In this document: positions 1 to 8,826 of the stretch, piece by piece
Position numbering within the stretch: the stretch's first letter is position 1
How the letters are laid out: every line of letters starts with the position of its first letter
NCBI GenBank assembly: GCA_017416205.1
Contig: JAFQDC010000093.1
Location: forward strand, 1-59,465
DNA from: Clostridia bacterium
GTDB taxonomy: Bacteria > Bacillota > Clostridia > Oscillospirales > CAG-272
Direction of reading: 5' to 3'
Length of the DNA stretch: 59,465 nt
Notes under the pieces: model-generated
What the model saw: the letters and a program-made list of their open reading frames with translations, nothing else
The model's database searches: none
Told to the model about the DNA's origin: nothing
Made by a program: the position numbers and the translations under genes

Positions 1-82
1 AAAGAATTTTCGGAGTCTTTGTTTGTCTTGTTGTTCAATTTTCAAGGAGCTTCTCGCTATCGCTCTCTGCGACAGCTTGACT
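1..82 (-). promoter_or_regulatory. rRNA operon leader (the rRNA genes would lie beyond the left edge)
   Basis: Minus strand 50..32 reads GCTCCTTGAAAATTGAACA, the boxA-like/processing-stalk motif typical of Firmicutes rrn leaders, just downstream of two tandem consensus promoters. Confidence 0.7.
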
Positions 83-111
83 ATTATATCACTTCGTTCT
101 TTTCTTGTCAA
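83..111 (-). promoter_or_regulatory. sigma-A promoter (rrn P2-like)
   Basis: Minus strand TTGACA-17 nt-TATAAT. Confidence 0.8.
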
Positions 112-197
112 TACCTTTTTGAAACTTTTTTCAAAGTTTTTCAAAGTTTTTTTCAAGCTCTTTTCGAAGTCACCCGCTCTCTCGCGGGTGGATTTAC

Positions 198-226
198 ATT
201 ATACATTCTTTCATCCTCATTGTCAA
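198..226 (-). promoter_or_regulatory. sigma-A promoter (rrn P1-like)
   Basis: Minus strand TTGACA-17 nt-TATAAT, 115 nt upstream of the other promoter. Confidence 0.75.
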
Positions 227-308
227 GGGATTTTTTACAAAAAATGACGATTTATGCAAAAATGCAAAAGGCTCCCCATTGGAGAGCCTTTCCTTTAGTC
301 AAGAATAC

Positions 309-509
309 TTATTTTGTGCCCTTGATGTCGTTTTCGTACTTCTCGATCATCTTCTTAACCATCTGACCGCCGATGCTACCTGCCTGGCGGGATGTGAGGT
401 CACCGTTATAGCCCTGGTTGAGGTTTACGCCTACTTCGCTTGCTGCCTCCATCTTGAACTGGTTGAGTGCCTGCTTTGCTTCGGGCACGAGAGTCTTGTT
501 GCTTGCCAT
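309..509 (-). CDS. alpha/beta-type small acid-soluble spore protein (SASP)
   Basis: 66 aa, LVPEAKQALNQFKMEAASEVGV...GDLTSRQAGSIGGQMVKKMI; AAAGGA RBS. Confidence 0.95.
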   Translation of the reverse strand: MASNKTLVPEAKQALNQFKMEAASEVGVNLNQGYNGDLTSRQAGSIGGQMVKKMIEKYENDIKGTK

Positions 510-922
510 AATTAATCCTTTCCCGGAACTTCGTCCGTTTTCCCCTTGTTTTCTTTGGGGGAATTCTTCAATCTATTTTAATTGAGGTCGCTCTTGCGAT
601 CTCTGCTATTATTGTTAACAGCATACGGATAATTATGAACGGCAATTTTTGTAATGTTTATATTTTGTTTACAGCATGATATGTATAATTTTATAAAGGA
701 TAAAAACAGCACCACAAAAAGTGAGTGCTGTAATTTTTGAAAACTCTATGTTTAAAACAAAGACTCATAATGTTTATATAATCATCATGACTAATAAAGA
801 GTCTTATATAAAGAAAAGAGTCATAAAGATTCTATAAAGAGTTATTATGACTCATTAAGATTGCATTGAATATTTTGGGAAATTATGCTATAATATAAAA
901 ACTAAATATAGGGGGCTACACT

Positions 923-1681
923 ATGAAAGAAAGAAGATATCCATTCAGTTTGTTTTTGATTGGTTTTATCACAAACATTCTCTTTCACTTTTTTTGGCTT
1001 TTTGTTCCGAGTGTTATCTTACTAATTGTCGGCATTTGGGTTGATTGGTGCTTGTATGCAGGTCTTGCTCTGTTAGGCATCGATATTATTGTTTCGTTCG
1101 TTGAGCAAATGAAAATTAGACAAGCAATGCTTTCCGATTCCGACAATGAGCAATTCCGCAAATTCCAAGATGCAGTATCAAAAGACGGAAATGTTTTTGA
1201 AAACATCAGAAATCTTGTTGAGAATGCAGCTGAAGAATATGTTGATGACGAGGATATACAAAGAAACAATTTCGTTGTTAATATGTGTGAAACCATCTGC
1301 AAAAAATGCGAATATGGTGATGATATTGAGAAACTAAACGAACACGAGAGAGTTTTCTATGTCACTCAAATATTGGAGCAAGAAGTCAACAACGGCAGTT
1401 TCTCTCAATTCTTCTATAATTCAAGTGGTGATTTTTCAAACGAGTTAGTGGATGCATTTACAAAGATAGGTGCATTCAAAACTGCAGAAATCTGCAAAAA
1501 GGCACTGGCAGTATTTAATGGCAAAGTTCCAACCGATAGAGATGAGCGCGAAGAATTACTTGATAGTTTGGATTGCGACAATGTGTTAAGCGAGTGCGAT
1601 GATGAATTTTACGAGTATGAGGATAATTTGGAAGAACTAAATTACACATACATTATGGAACATCATAGTTTCTTTGAGTAA
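923..1681 (+). CDS. membrane-anchored DMP19/DUF4375-family protein
   Basis: Hydrophobic N-terminus, then acidic domain with EQEVNNGSFSQFFYNSSG and closing YIMEH; AT-rich relative to neighbours. Confidence 0.7.
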   Translation: MKERRYPFSLFLIGFITNILFHFFWLFVPSVILLIVGIWVDWCLYAGLALLGIDIIVSFVEQMKIRQAMLSDSDNEQFRKFQDAVSKDGNVFENIRNLVENAAEEYVDDEDIQRNNFVVNMCETICKKCEYGDDIEKLNEHERVFYVTQILEQEVNNGSFSQFFYNSSGDFSNELVDAFTKIGAFKTAEICKKALAVFNGKVPTDRDEREELLDSLDCDNVLSECDDEFYEYEDNLEELNYTYIMEHHSFFE

Positions 1682-1695
1682 TTACATAATACACA

Positions 1696-1735
1696 AAAAA
1701 CACCCTTTGACTTTTGACAGTCAAAGGGTGTTTTT
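1696..1735 (+). terminator. intrinsic terminator of the islet gene
   Basis: AAAAACACCCTTTGAC / GTCAAAGGGTGTTTTT inverted repeat. Confidence 0.7.
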
Positions 1736-1781
1736 AAAACTTGCACCAAGTTTGCACCAAAGCAAAAACCAAGGCATAAAG

Positions 1782-1813
1782 AAAACCCCGAATCCAAATG
1801 GATTCGGGGTTTT
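1782..1813 (-). terminator. intrinsic terminator downstream of rpsI
   Basis: AAAACCCCGAATCC-aaat-GGATTCGGGGTTTT hairpin. Confidence 0.75.
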
Positions 1814-1839
1814 GAATGTTCGCAAATAAGATAAACAAC

Positions 1840-2241
1840 TTATCTCTTGGAGAACTGGCTCGCACGACGAGCTGCCTTGAGACCGTACTTCTTTCTCTCC
1901 TTCATTCTGGGGTCTCTGGTGAGGAAACCTGCCTTCTTGAGGGGAGCGCGGAATGTTTCGTCTGCAAGGAGAAGTGCGCGGGATGCGCCGTGACGGATAG
2001 CGCCTGCCTGACCGGAGAAGCCGCCGCCCTTTACGCTTGCAACGATATCAAACTTGCCCATTGTGCCTGTAGCCTGGAAGGGCTGGTTGATAATGAGCTT
2101 CATGGTCTCGAGACCAAAGTAATCGTCAATGTCACGGCCGTTGATTGTTACAACGCCTGTACCGGGATAGAGACGAACGCGGGCAACAGAACTCTTTCTT
2201 CTGCCTGTGCCGTAGAAATAAGGCTTTGCACTTGTATACAT
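1840..2241 (-). CDS. rpsI: 30S ribosomal protein S9
   Basis: [15 protein letters not shown]...[26 protein letters not shown]. Confidence 0.99.
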   Translation of the reverse strand: MYTSAKPYFYGTGRRKSSVARVRLYPGTGVVTINGRDIDDYFGLETMKLIINQPFQATGTMGKFDIVASVKGGGFSGQAGAIRHGASRALLLADETFRAPLKKAGFLTRDPRMKERKKYGLKAARRASQFSKR

Positions 2242-2259
2242 TTTCTGTTATCCCCTTTC

Positions 2260-2688
2260 TCAGATCTCATAAGCAACGGGCTTCTGAGCCTGCTGCTTGT
2301 GTGCCTCGCCTGCATATACCTTGAGACGAGTGATTGCCTTGTCACCGATAGAGTTGTGAGGAAGCATACCCTTTACTGCATGCTCCATTGCGAACTCGGG
2401 CTTTGTTGCCATGATGTGCTTATAGGAAACTTCCTTAAGACCACCGATGTAGCCGGAGTGACGGCGATAGAACTTCTGCTCAAGCTTCTTACCTGTGAGA
2501 ACAGCCTTGGAAGCATTTACGATAACAACGAATTCGCCGCAGTCAACGTGAGGTGTGTACTCAGGACGGTGCTTGCCGCGAAGTATAGTAGCCGCTGCAG
2601 CTGCAGTCTTACCGAGGGGCTTACCAGCCGCATCGATAATATACCACTTGCGCTCAACGGTTTCTTTCTTTGCCATATAAGTAGACAT
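2260..2688 (-). CDS. rplM: 50S ribosomal protein L13
   Basis: RKWYIIDAAG...LRGKHRPEYTPHVDCG...AVKGMLP; canonical rplM-rpsI pair. Confidence 0.99.
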   Translation of the reverse strand: MSTYMAKKETVERKWYIIDAAGKPLGKTAAAAATILRGKHRPEYTPHVDCGEFVVIVNASKAVLTGKKLEQKFYRRHSGYIGGLKEVSYKHIMATKPEFAMEHAVKGMLPHNSIGDKAITRLKVYAGEAHKQQAQKPVAYEI

Positions 2689-2736
2689 AAGATTATCCTC
2701 CGAATTAGCTTTATTGTGTTATTTTCAGCAAGTAGG

Positions 2737-2765
2737 ATTATATCAAACGTATACTCACTTGTCAA
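2737..2765 (-). promoter_or_regulatory. sigma-A promoter of rplM-rpsI
   Basis: TTGACA-17-TATAAT on the minus strand. Confidence 0.8.
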
Positions 2766-2874
2766 TACCTTTTTTGAAAAAAATTTCAAAAAATTAATTT
2801 AATATGGCAAATGCTCTTAAATGCTCCTGTTTTCTCTCAAATGCTCGTTTTTTCTAATTTGCGAAGAATAAAAT

Positions 2875-3624
2875 TTATTTATGCTTTCTCTCCTCGCGCA
2901 GTCTCTGAAGCTCTCTTTCGGCCTCTCTTGAGCGCTCTCTTGCCTCTCTGTCGCAGATAAGCTCAAAATCACGGCTGCGAAGGATCTCCGCAAGCTGTCT
3001 TTCGCTTGTTACAGGCTCCTTTGTGAGAATACCTGCGTTTGGCTCCATCACGCTGTCGTGATGATCGCCGCCGGAGGTAAGGATATAATTGGGATATTCC
3101 TTAGCGTACTCTCTTGCGATCCTGTTATGATTCTTCTGGAAGGGATGTCCGTTCCATACCTCGATGCCGTCAAGGACGAAATCCTCGGTAACCGCGCAAT
3201 TATATCTGAAGGGATGGGCCTGGATGAACACGCCGCCGTTATTGCGAACAAGGCTTGCGGTCCAGTACTTTGTCTGAAGATAGATATCGGGACAGCGGTG
3301 ATAAAACTCTTCCTCAAGTCCGTATATAAGGTAATCCGTTCCGAGAGTGCCCGCAAAGTTTACCTCCGCTCCCATAAGAACGTTAAGCCTTCCCTTGGCG
3401 GCCTCCTTGACCTTACGGTAGCCTTGTACGAAATGCTCCATCTGCTCTGCAAGAGACTTATCCTTCATTTCAACGAAGGTTCCCGCAGCGAGATGCTCGG
3501 TTATTACGATGGATGTATATCCCGCATTGAGATATGCTTCCACGATACCCTCTGCATCGTGACCTGCGCAGCGGCTGACGTGACGTGTGTGGCAATGAAG
3601 CTCGGTTTTATATTTATAATCCAT
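2875..3624 (-). CDS. PHP-domain metal-dependent phosphoesterase
   Basis: ELHCHT, ITEH, GAE, QAHPFR, IEVWNG, GGDHH motifs. Confidence 0.88.
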   Translation of the reverse strand: MDYKYKTELHCHTRHVSRCAGHDAEGIVEAYLNAGYTSIVITEHLAAGTFVEMKDKSLAEQMEHFVQGYRKVKEAAKGRLNVLMGAEVNFAGTLGTDYLIYGLEEEFYHRCPDIYLQTKYWTASLVRNNGGVFIQAHPFRYNCAVTEDFVLDGIEVWNGHPFQKNHNRIAREYAKEYPNYILTSGGDHHDSVMEPNAGILTKEPVTSERQLAEILRSRDFELICDREARERSREAERELQRLREERKHK

Positions 3625-3664
3625 AGCTGCCTCCTTTATATATAATGAAAGAATTTACACTGAT

Positions 3665-3693
3665 ATTATAGCCGCAGCGGCTCGTATTGTCAA
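3665..3693 (-). promoter_or_regulatory. sigma-A promoter of the PHP gene
   Basis: TTGACA-17-TATAAT on the minus strand. Confidence 0.65.
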
Positions 3694-3869
3694 TAAGCCG
3701 CTGAGAATGTTTTAAGAGTGCATCTCGGATCGGAGCAAACCTTACATTTTAATAATATTAATCTATAATTAATAAGTTGATGCCCAAAATTAACGGTTTT
3801 CTATTGAAAATAAGAAAAATGAGGTATATAATATATTATGTATAGCTATAAGAAACGAGGTATATACCT

Positions 3870-5150
3870 ATGAACAATTACAAAATCGAAACAAAGTGCA
3901 TTCAGGAGGGCTACAAGCCTGAAAACGGCGAAGCAAGAGTTCTCCCCATTTACCAGAGCACTACCTATAAATACGAGTCCGGCGAGCACCTCGGAAAGCT
4001 CTTCGACCTTACCGCCCCCGGCCATATGTACACCCGTATCTCCAATCCCACCGTCGACTACGTTGAGCAGAAGATAGCAGCTCTCGAGGGCGGCGTCGGC
4101 GCTATGATGGTATCAAGCGGTCAGGCGGCAAGCACAAGCTGTGTTCTCAACATTGCAAACACAGGCGACAACTTCGTTTGCTCCTCCTCCATCTACGGCG
4201 GTACAACAAACCTTTTCGCAGTTACCTTCAAGCGCCTCGGCATTGAGATCCGCTTCGTTACTCCCGGCATGACTGACGACGAGATACACGCGCTCTTTGA
4301 CGATCGCACCCGTCTCGTTTTCGGCGAAACTATAGCAAACCCCGCTCTTGACGTTTTTGATATCGAGCGCTTTGCCGCTATCGCCCACAGCCACAACGTT
4401 CCCCTCGTTGTTGACAACACCTTTGCTACTCCCGTTTTCTGCCGTCCCTTCGAGTTCGGCGCTGACATCGTGGTCCACTCCACAACAAAGTATATGGACG
4501 GACACGCAACAGTAGTCGGCGGTGTTATCGTAGATTCCGGTAAATTTGACTGGGCGGCCGCAGGCAAGTATCCCGAGCTCACCACACCCGACGAAAGCTA
4601 CCACGGAGTTATCTACACCGAGCAGTTCGGCGCAGCAGCATACATCACAAAAGCCCGTGTTCAGCTTCTCCGCGACCTGGGTATGTCTCCTCAGCCTATG
4701 GCTGCATTTATCCTCAACCTCGGTCTTGAGACTCTCGCACTCCGTATGGAGCGCCACTTTGAAAACGGCCTTGCTGTTGCAAAGTATCTTGAAAATCACC
4801 CCAAGGTAAGCTGGGTAAACTTCCCTGCTCTCCAGTCCTCTCCCGAGTACGAAAAGTGCAAGAAGTATCTTGACGGTAAGACCTGCGGCGTCGTTTCCTT
4901 CGGCGTTAAGGGCGGACGAGAGGCTGCTATGAAGTTTATGGATTCCCTCTCCCTTGCGAATATCGTGGTTCACGTTGCAGACGCGCGCACAAGCGTTCTC
5001 CATCCCGCATCCACAACTCACCGTCAGCTTACAGACGAGCAGCTCGTTAATGCAGGAATCGGCGCTGACCTTGTTCGTATGTCCGTTGGTATCGAGCATA
5101 TCGACGACATTATCGCAGACCTTGAAAACGCACTTTCCAAAGTTGACTGA
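3870..5150 (+). CDS. metY: O-acetylhomoserine aminocarboxypropyltransferase (sulfhydrylase), PLP-dependent
   Basis: PIYQSTT, YTRISNPT, VDNTFATP, HSTTKYMDGH, HPASTTHRQL; directly upstream of metA. Confidence 0.92.
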   Translation: MNNYKIETKCIQEGYKPENGEARVLPIYQSTTYKYESGEHLGKLFDLTAPGHMYTRISNPTVDYVEQKIAALEGGVGAMMVSSGQAASTSCVLNIANTGDNFVCSSSIYGGTTNLFAVTFKRLGIEIRFVTPGMTDDEIHALFDDRTRLVFGETIANPALDVFDIERFAAIAHSHNVPLVVDNTFATPVFCRPFEFGADIVVHSTTKYMDGHATVVGGVIVDSGKFDWAAAGKYPELTTPDESYHGVIYTEQFGAAAYITKARVQLLRDLGMSPQPMAAFILNLGLETLALRMERHFENGLAVAKYLENHPKVSWVNFPALQSSPEYEKCKKYLDGKTCGVVSFGVKGGREAAMKFMDSLSLANIVVHVADARTSVLHPASTTHRQLTDEQLVNAGIGADLVRMSVGIEHIDDIIADLENALSKVD

Positions 5151-5168
5151 TAAAGGAGGACCTCCCCC

Positions 5169-6110
5169 TTGCCTATAAAGATCCCGAACGCTCTCCCCGC
5201 AACACAGACACTTCTGGGAGAGAACATATTCGTTATTACTGAAACAAGAGCTATGACTCAGGATATCAGACCCCTGAAGATCGCTATCCTGAACCTTATG
5301 CCCACAAAGATCACAACAGAGACTCAGCTTGCCCGCCTTCTGGGTAACACCCCCCTGCAGGTGGAGCTTGAGCTTCTTCACACAGCATCCCACGTTGCAA
5401 AAAATACGGCGGCAGAACATATGCTCTCCTTCTACCGCACCTTTGACGACGTGAAGGACAATTACTACGACGGCCTTATCATCACGGGAGCTCCAGTTGA
5501 GCAGATGCCCTTTGAGGAGGTTACCTACTGGGATGAGCTTTGCCGTATAATGGAGTGGTCAAAGACCCACGTTACAAGCACCTTCCACATTTGCTGGGGC
5601 GCTCAGGCAGGTCTTTACTACCACTACGGAATCAAAAAATATCCCCTTGAGGAAAAGCTTTTCGGTATCTTCGATCACGAAAAGGAGCGCAAGAGCGCTA
5701 TCCTTCTTCGCGGCTTTGACGATATCTTCCCCGCACCTCACTCCCGACATACCTATATCAAGCGCCAGGACGTTGAGGCCTGCCCTGAGCTTAAGATCCT
5801 TGCTTCAAGCAAGGAGGCGGGCGTATATATCGTGCAAAATCACGGCGGAAGTCAGGTGTTCATCACGGGACACTCCGAGTATGATGCGGATACACTGAAA
5901 AAAGAATACCTCCGCGATAAAAATGCAGGTCTTCCCATTAAGGTTCCCGTTAATTATTTCCCCGATGACGACGATACAAAGGAGCCTCCCGTTACCTGGA
6001 GAAGCCACGCAAATCTTCTCTACTCAAACTGGCTCAACTATTTCGTATACCAGACCACGCCATACGATCTTTCGACTATGAAGTCGAAAGAAGTGATAAG
6101 AGAAGAGTGA
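5169..6110 (+). CDS. metA: homoserine O-acyltransferase (MetA family)
   Basis: MPIKIP..., [52 protein letters not shown]. Confidence 0.96.
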   Translation: MPIKIPNALPATQTLLGENIFVITETRAMTQDIRPLKIAILNLMPTKITTETQLARLLGNTPLQVELELLHTASHVAKNTAAEHMLSFYRTFDDVKDNYYDGLIITGAPVEQMPFEEVTYWDELCRIMEWSKTHVTSTFHICWGAQAGLYYHYGIKKYPLEEKLFGIFDHEKERKSAILLRGFDDIFPAPHSRHTYIKRQDVEACPELKILASSKEAGVYIVQNHGGSQVFITGHSEYDADTLKKEYLRDKNAGLPIKVPVNYFPDDDDTKEPPVTWRSHANLLYSNWLNYFVYQTTPYDLSTMKSKEVIREE

Positions 6111-6129
6111 AAAGATAAAAGAAAATGAA

Positions 6130-6188
6130 GCTTTCCGCTTTGGCGGAAAGCAACATCAATTATTCATTCTTCATTATTCATTTTTCAT
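6130..6188 (-). repeat. heptamer-array/hairpin element, copy A
   Basis: Minus strand: ATGAAAA ATGAATA ATGAAGA ATGAATA + ATTGATGTT + GCTTTCCGC-caaa-GCGGAAAGC. Confidence 0.75.
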
Positions 6189-6223
6189 TCTACAAAATCC
6201 ATCCACCGAAAGGACATATAAAA

Positions 6224-6484
6224 ATGACTGAACAGCCTCATGCTAAGACCCAGCGATTCTCCCTTCGCGATGAAAAGACTCAGGAGATGCACACAATACT
6301 TGCCACAGTTTATCAGGCACTCAGAGAAAAGGGATACGATCCCATCAACCAGATCGTAGGCTACATTCTCTCCGAGGACCCCACCTATATCACAAACCAT
6401 AAGAGCGCCCGCGCACTCATCTGCCGTATCGACCGAGATGAGCTTATGGAGGCAATGGTCAAGAAGTATCTTAATATTGACTGA
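6224..6484 (+). CDS. ireB: IreB-family regulatory phosphoprotein (UPF0297)
   Basis: TQRF...[29 protein letters not shown]...IDRDELME; start moved to ATG 6224 behind AAAGGA. Confidence 0.93.
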   Translation: MTEQPHAKTQRFSLRDEKTQEMHTILATVYQALREKGYDPINQIVGYILSEDPTYITNHKSARALICRIDRDELMEAMVKKYLNID

Positions 6485-6507
6485 TAACAAATAAGGAGAC
6501 TACCGTC

Positions 6508-7443
6508 TTGAAAATTTATAAGCTGCCGGAATGCTCTGAGGTCTTGTCCCTTCCAGAAGGATGCGCCCTTTGTCTCGGTAATTTCGACGGTGTCCACCGA
6601 GGACATAAAAAGCTTTTTGACTCTGCAAGAGAGCTTGTGCTTGAGAAAAGCTGCGCCTACAGCGCAGTATTTGCCTTTACTACTCTTGCAAAGCCTGTTT
6701 TTTCTGTACCCTTTATTACCGATATGCAGACAAAGCTCGCGCTCTTTTGCGAATGCGGTCTAGACTATGCCGCCTTTGAGGATTTTGACGCCTTAAAGGA
6801 CATGACTCCCGAGGAGTTTGTTTCGGACACTCTCGAAAAAGGTCTCTCGGCAAAGGCTGTGCTTTGCGGATTCAATTACAGATTCGGCAAGGACGGTGCA
6901 GGTGACGCGAACACTCTCTCATCTCTTCTTTCAGAGCGAGGCATCACGTCACGTGTTATCGCCCCCGTTGAGCACGAGGGTACCGTTATATCCTCAACAC
7001 AGATAAGAAAGCATATCACAGAGGGTAGACTTGAAGAAGCTCAGATCCTTATGGGACACCCCTTTTCCATTTGCTTCCCCGTTATACACGGAAAGCAGCT
7101 GGGACGTACCATCGGCATTCCCACCATAAATCAAGTATTCCCGGAGGGACATATCATCCCCTCCTGCGGTATATATGCCTGCTCCTGCTTTGTTGACGGT
7201 GAGATCTATCTTGCCACGGCAAACGTAGGCGTTCGCCCCACCGTGGAAAACGACGGTGGCGTTAACTGCGAGACCCATATAATCAACTATAACGGTGATC
7301 TTTACTCAAAGGAGATCCGCGTTGAATTTTACTGCAAGCTCAGGGAAGAGATGAAATTCGACTCCCTTGAGGCGCTCCGCCGCCAGATAAAAATAGATAT
7401 ATCCGCAACACTTGAGTATTTTGCGGAAAAATACGGTGACTAA
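6508..7443 (+). CDS. ribF: bifunctional riboflavin kinase/FAD synthetase
   Basis: LGNFDGVHRGH, GFNYRFG, ISSTQIR, GRTIGIPTIN, NVGVRPT, ETHI, LREEMKF. Confidence 0.95.
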   Translation: MKIYKLPECSEVLSLPEGCALCLGNFDGVHRGHKKLFDSARELVLEKSCAYSAVFAFTTLAKPVFSVPFITDMQTKLALFCECGLDYAAFEDFDALKDMTPEEFVSDTLEKGLSAKAVLCGFNYRFGKDGAGDANTLSSLLSERGITSRVIAPVEHEGTVISSTQIRKHITEGRLEEAQILMGHPFSICFPVIHGKQLGRTIGIPTINQVFPEGHIIPSCGIYACSCFVDGEIYLATANVGVRPTVENDGGVNCETHIINYNGDLYSKEIRVEFYCKLREEMKFDSLEALRRQIKIDISATLEYFAEKYGD

Positions 7444-7517
7444 TCCATGAAGATGAAGATTTTTGCAAAGCAAAAATCTTCATTCTACTCTCAGCCAAAT
7501 TTTTAAGGAGGTATTGA

Positions 7518-8825
7518 ATGAAGAATTTAAAACGCACTCTCCTGTGCTTTTTTCTTATACTCTCCATGATCGTCCCCTCAATTCTGCTCACTCTTCCGGT
7601 AAATGCCCTGGAGGACCCTGTTGTTACCAACACAAAAGCGGCTTACCTTTATAACATAGAAAACAAAAAGGCGATTTACGCCCTTAACGCCGATGAAAAG
7701 GTGTACCCCACCTCAACGGTAAAGCTTATGACGGGCATCGTTGCCCTTGAGACCTTTAAGGACCGCCTTGACGAGAAGATCACCGTTACAAAAGAGATGC
7801 TCTCTTACGTTTCAGGCAACAACATCGGTCTTGACGCAGGGGAGATAGTTGCAGTCAGGGATATGCTTGGCGCACTCCTCGTTAACGGCGCAAACGATGC
7901 AGCCTATGCTCTTGCCTTTGCTGCGGCGGGAAGCGTTGAGGATTTCGTTCTTCTTATGAACAAAAAGGCAAACGAGATCGGCGCTTACAACACCAGATAT
8001 ACAAATCCTACGGGAATGCACGACGAGGCTATGGTGACTACAGCTGAGGATACTGCGCTCATAGCCCTCTATGCTTATAATCTTGAGCAGTTTATGGACT
8101 TTGCCGCACTCCTGAAATACACTCTCCCCGAAACAAATACCACAAAGCAGTTCACAGTCTATAACCGAAACTGCCTCCTCTCTCTCTACTACGAAACAGG
8201 CTATTTCTATAAGAAAGCCCGCGGTATGAATGCGGGAAGCACTTACGAGGGCGGCTACTCCGTAGTCACCACAGCAACGGACGGCGATCTTACATATATC
8301 GCCGTAGTCCTCGGCTCGGAAAAGATCGACGGAAATATTTATTCATACACAAACGCCACAAATCTTCTCGAATGGGCATTTGACTCCTTTATGTATCTGG
8401 ACGTTCTTGCCCCAGAGCAGATAATGTGCGAAATACCCGTGACTCTTGCCACGGGAGTCGACCACGTTACCCTTGTTGCAAGCGATTCTCTCAGCGTGTA
8501 TCTCCCCACGGATACGGATATCGAAAAGGAGATAACATTTAGCTGGACCACAAATCAGGAGGAGCTACAGGCTCCCGTCAGAAAGGGCCAGCTTGCGGGA
8601 AGAGTGACCGTTATGTATAAGGGCGAGCCCATCGGAACCAGCGACCTTATTGCCACTGCGGATATCGAAAGAAACGATATGCTCTACGGTCTTAATAAGA
8701 TCAGCGAGTTCACAAAAAGCAGATTTTTCATTGCAACTCTCATATCTGCCGTCATTATTTCTGTAATATACGTGTTCGGCAAGGCTATCCTTCTGAAAAA
8801 ACGATCAAAGAAAAGATACAGATAA
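7518..8825 (+). CDS. dacA: D-alanyl-D-alanine carboxypeptidase (S11 / PBP5-like)
   Basis: Signal peptide, PTSTVKLMT (SxxK), GANDAA, YTNPTGMH, C-terminal TM and basic tail; the SxN and KTG boxes look degenerate. Confidence 0.82.
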   Translation: MKNLKRTLLCFFLILSMIVPSILLTLPVNALEDPVVTNTKAAYLYNIENKKAIYALNADEKVYPTSTVKLMTGIVALETFKDRLDEKITVTKEMLSYVSGNNIGLDAGEIVAVRDMLGALLVNGANDAAYALAFAAAGSVEDFVLLMNKKANEIGAYNTRYTNPTGMHDEAMVTTAEDTALIALYAYNLEQFMDFAALLKYTLPETNTTKQFTVYNRNCLLSLYYETGYFYKKARGMNAGSTYEGGYSVVTTATDGDLTYIAVVLGSEKIDGNIYSYTNATNLLEWAFDSFMYLDVLAPEQIMCEIPVTLATGVDHVTLVASDSLSVYLPTDTDIEKEITFSWTTNQEELQAPVRKGQLAGRVTVMYKGEPIGTSDLIATADIERNDMLYGLNKISEFTKSRFFIATLISAVIISVIYVFGKAILLKKRSKKRYR

Positions 8826-8826
8826 A

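Noticed and set aside
113-170. TTTTTCAAAG tandem repeats
   Set aside because: Ordinary A/T tracts between the two rrn promoters
1816-2802. 328-aa plus-strand ORF
   Set aside because: Antisense shadow of rplM-rpsI
4113-5420. 435-aa minus-strand ORF
   Set aside because: Antisense shadow of metY-metA; no RBS or motif
6125-6223. N-terminal extensions in the ORF track (ireB; also 31684, 46403, 23411, 14944)
   Set aside because: They run through repeats or promoters; better starts exist downstream
7447-7483. ATGAAGATTTTTGC-aaa-GCAAAAATCTTCAT hairpin as a fifth heptamer element
   Set aside because: No heptamer array or 9-nt spacer; may be a degenerate relative or plain hairpin
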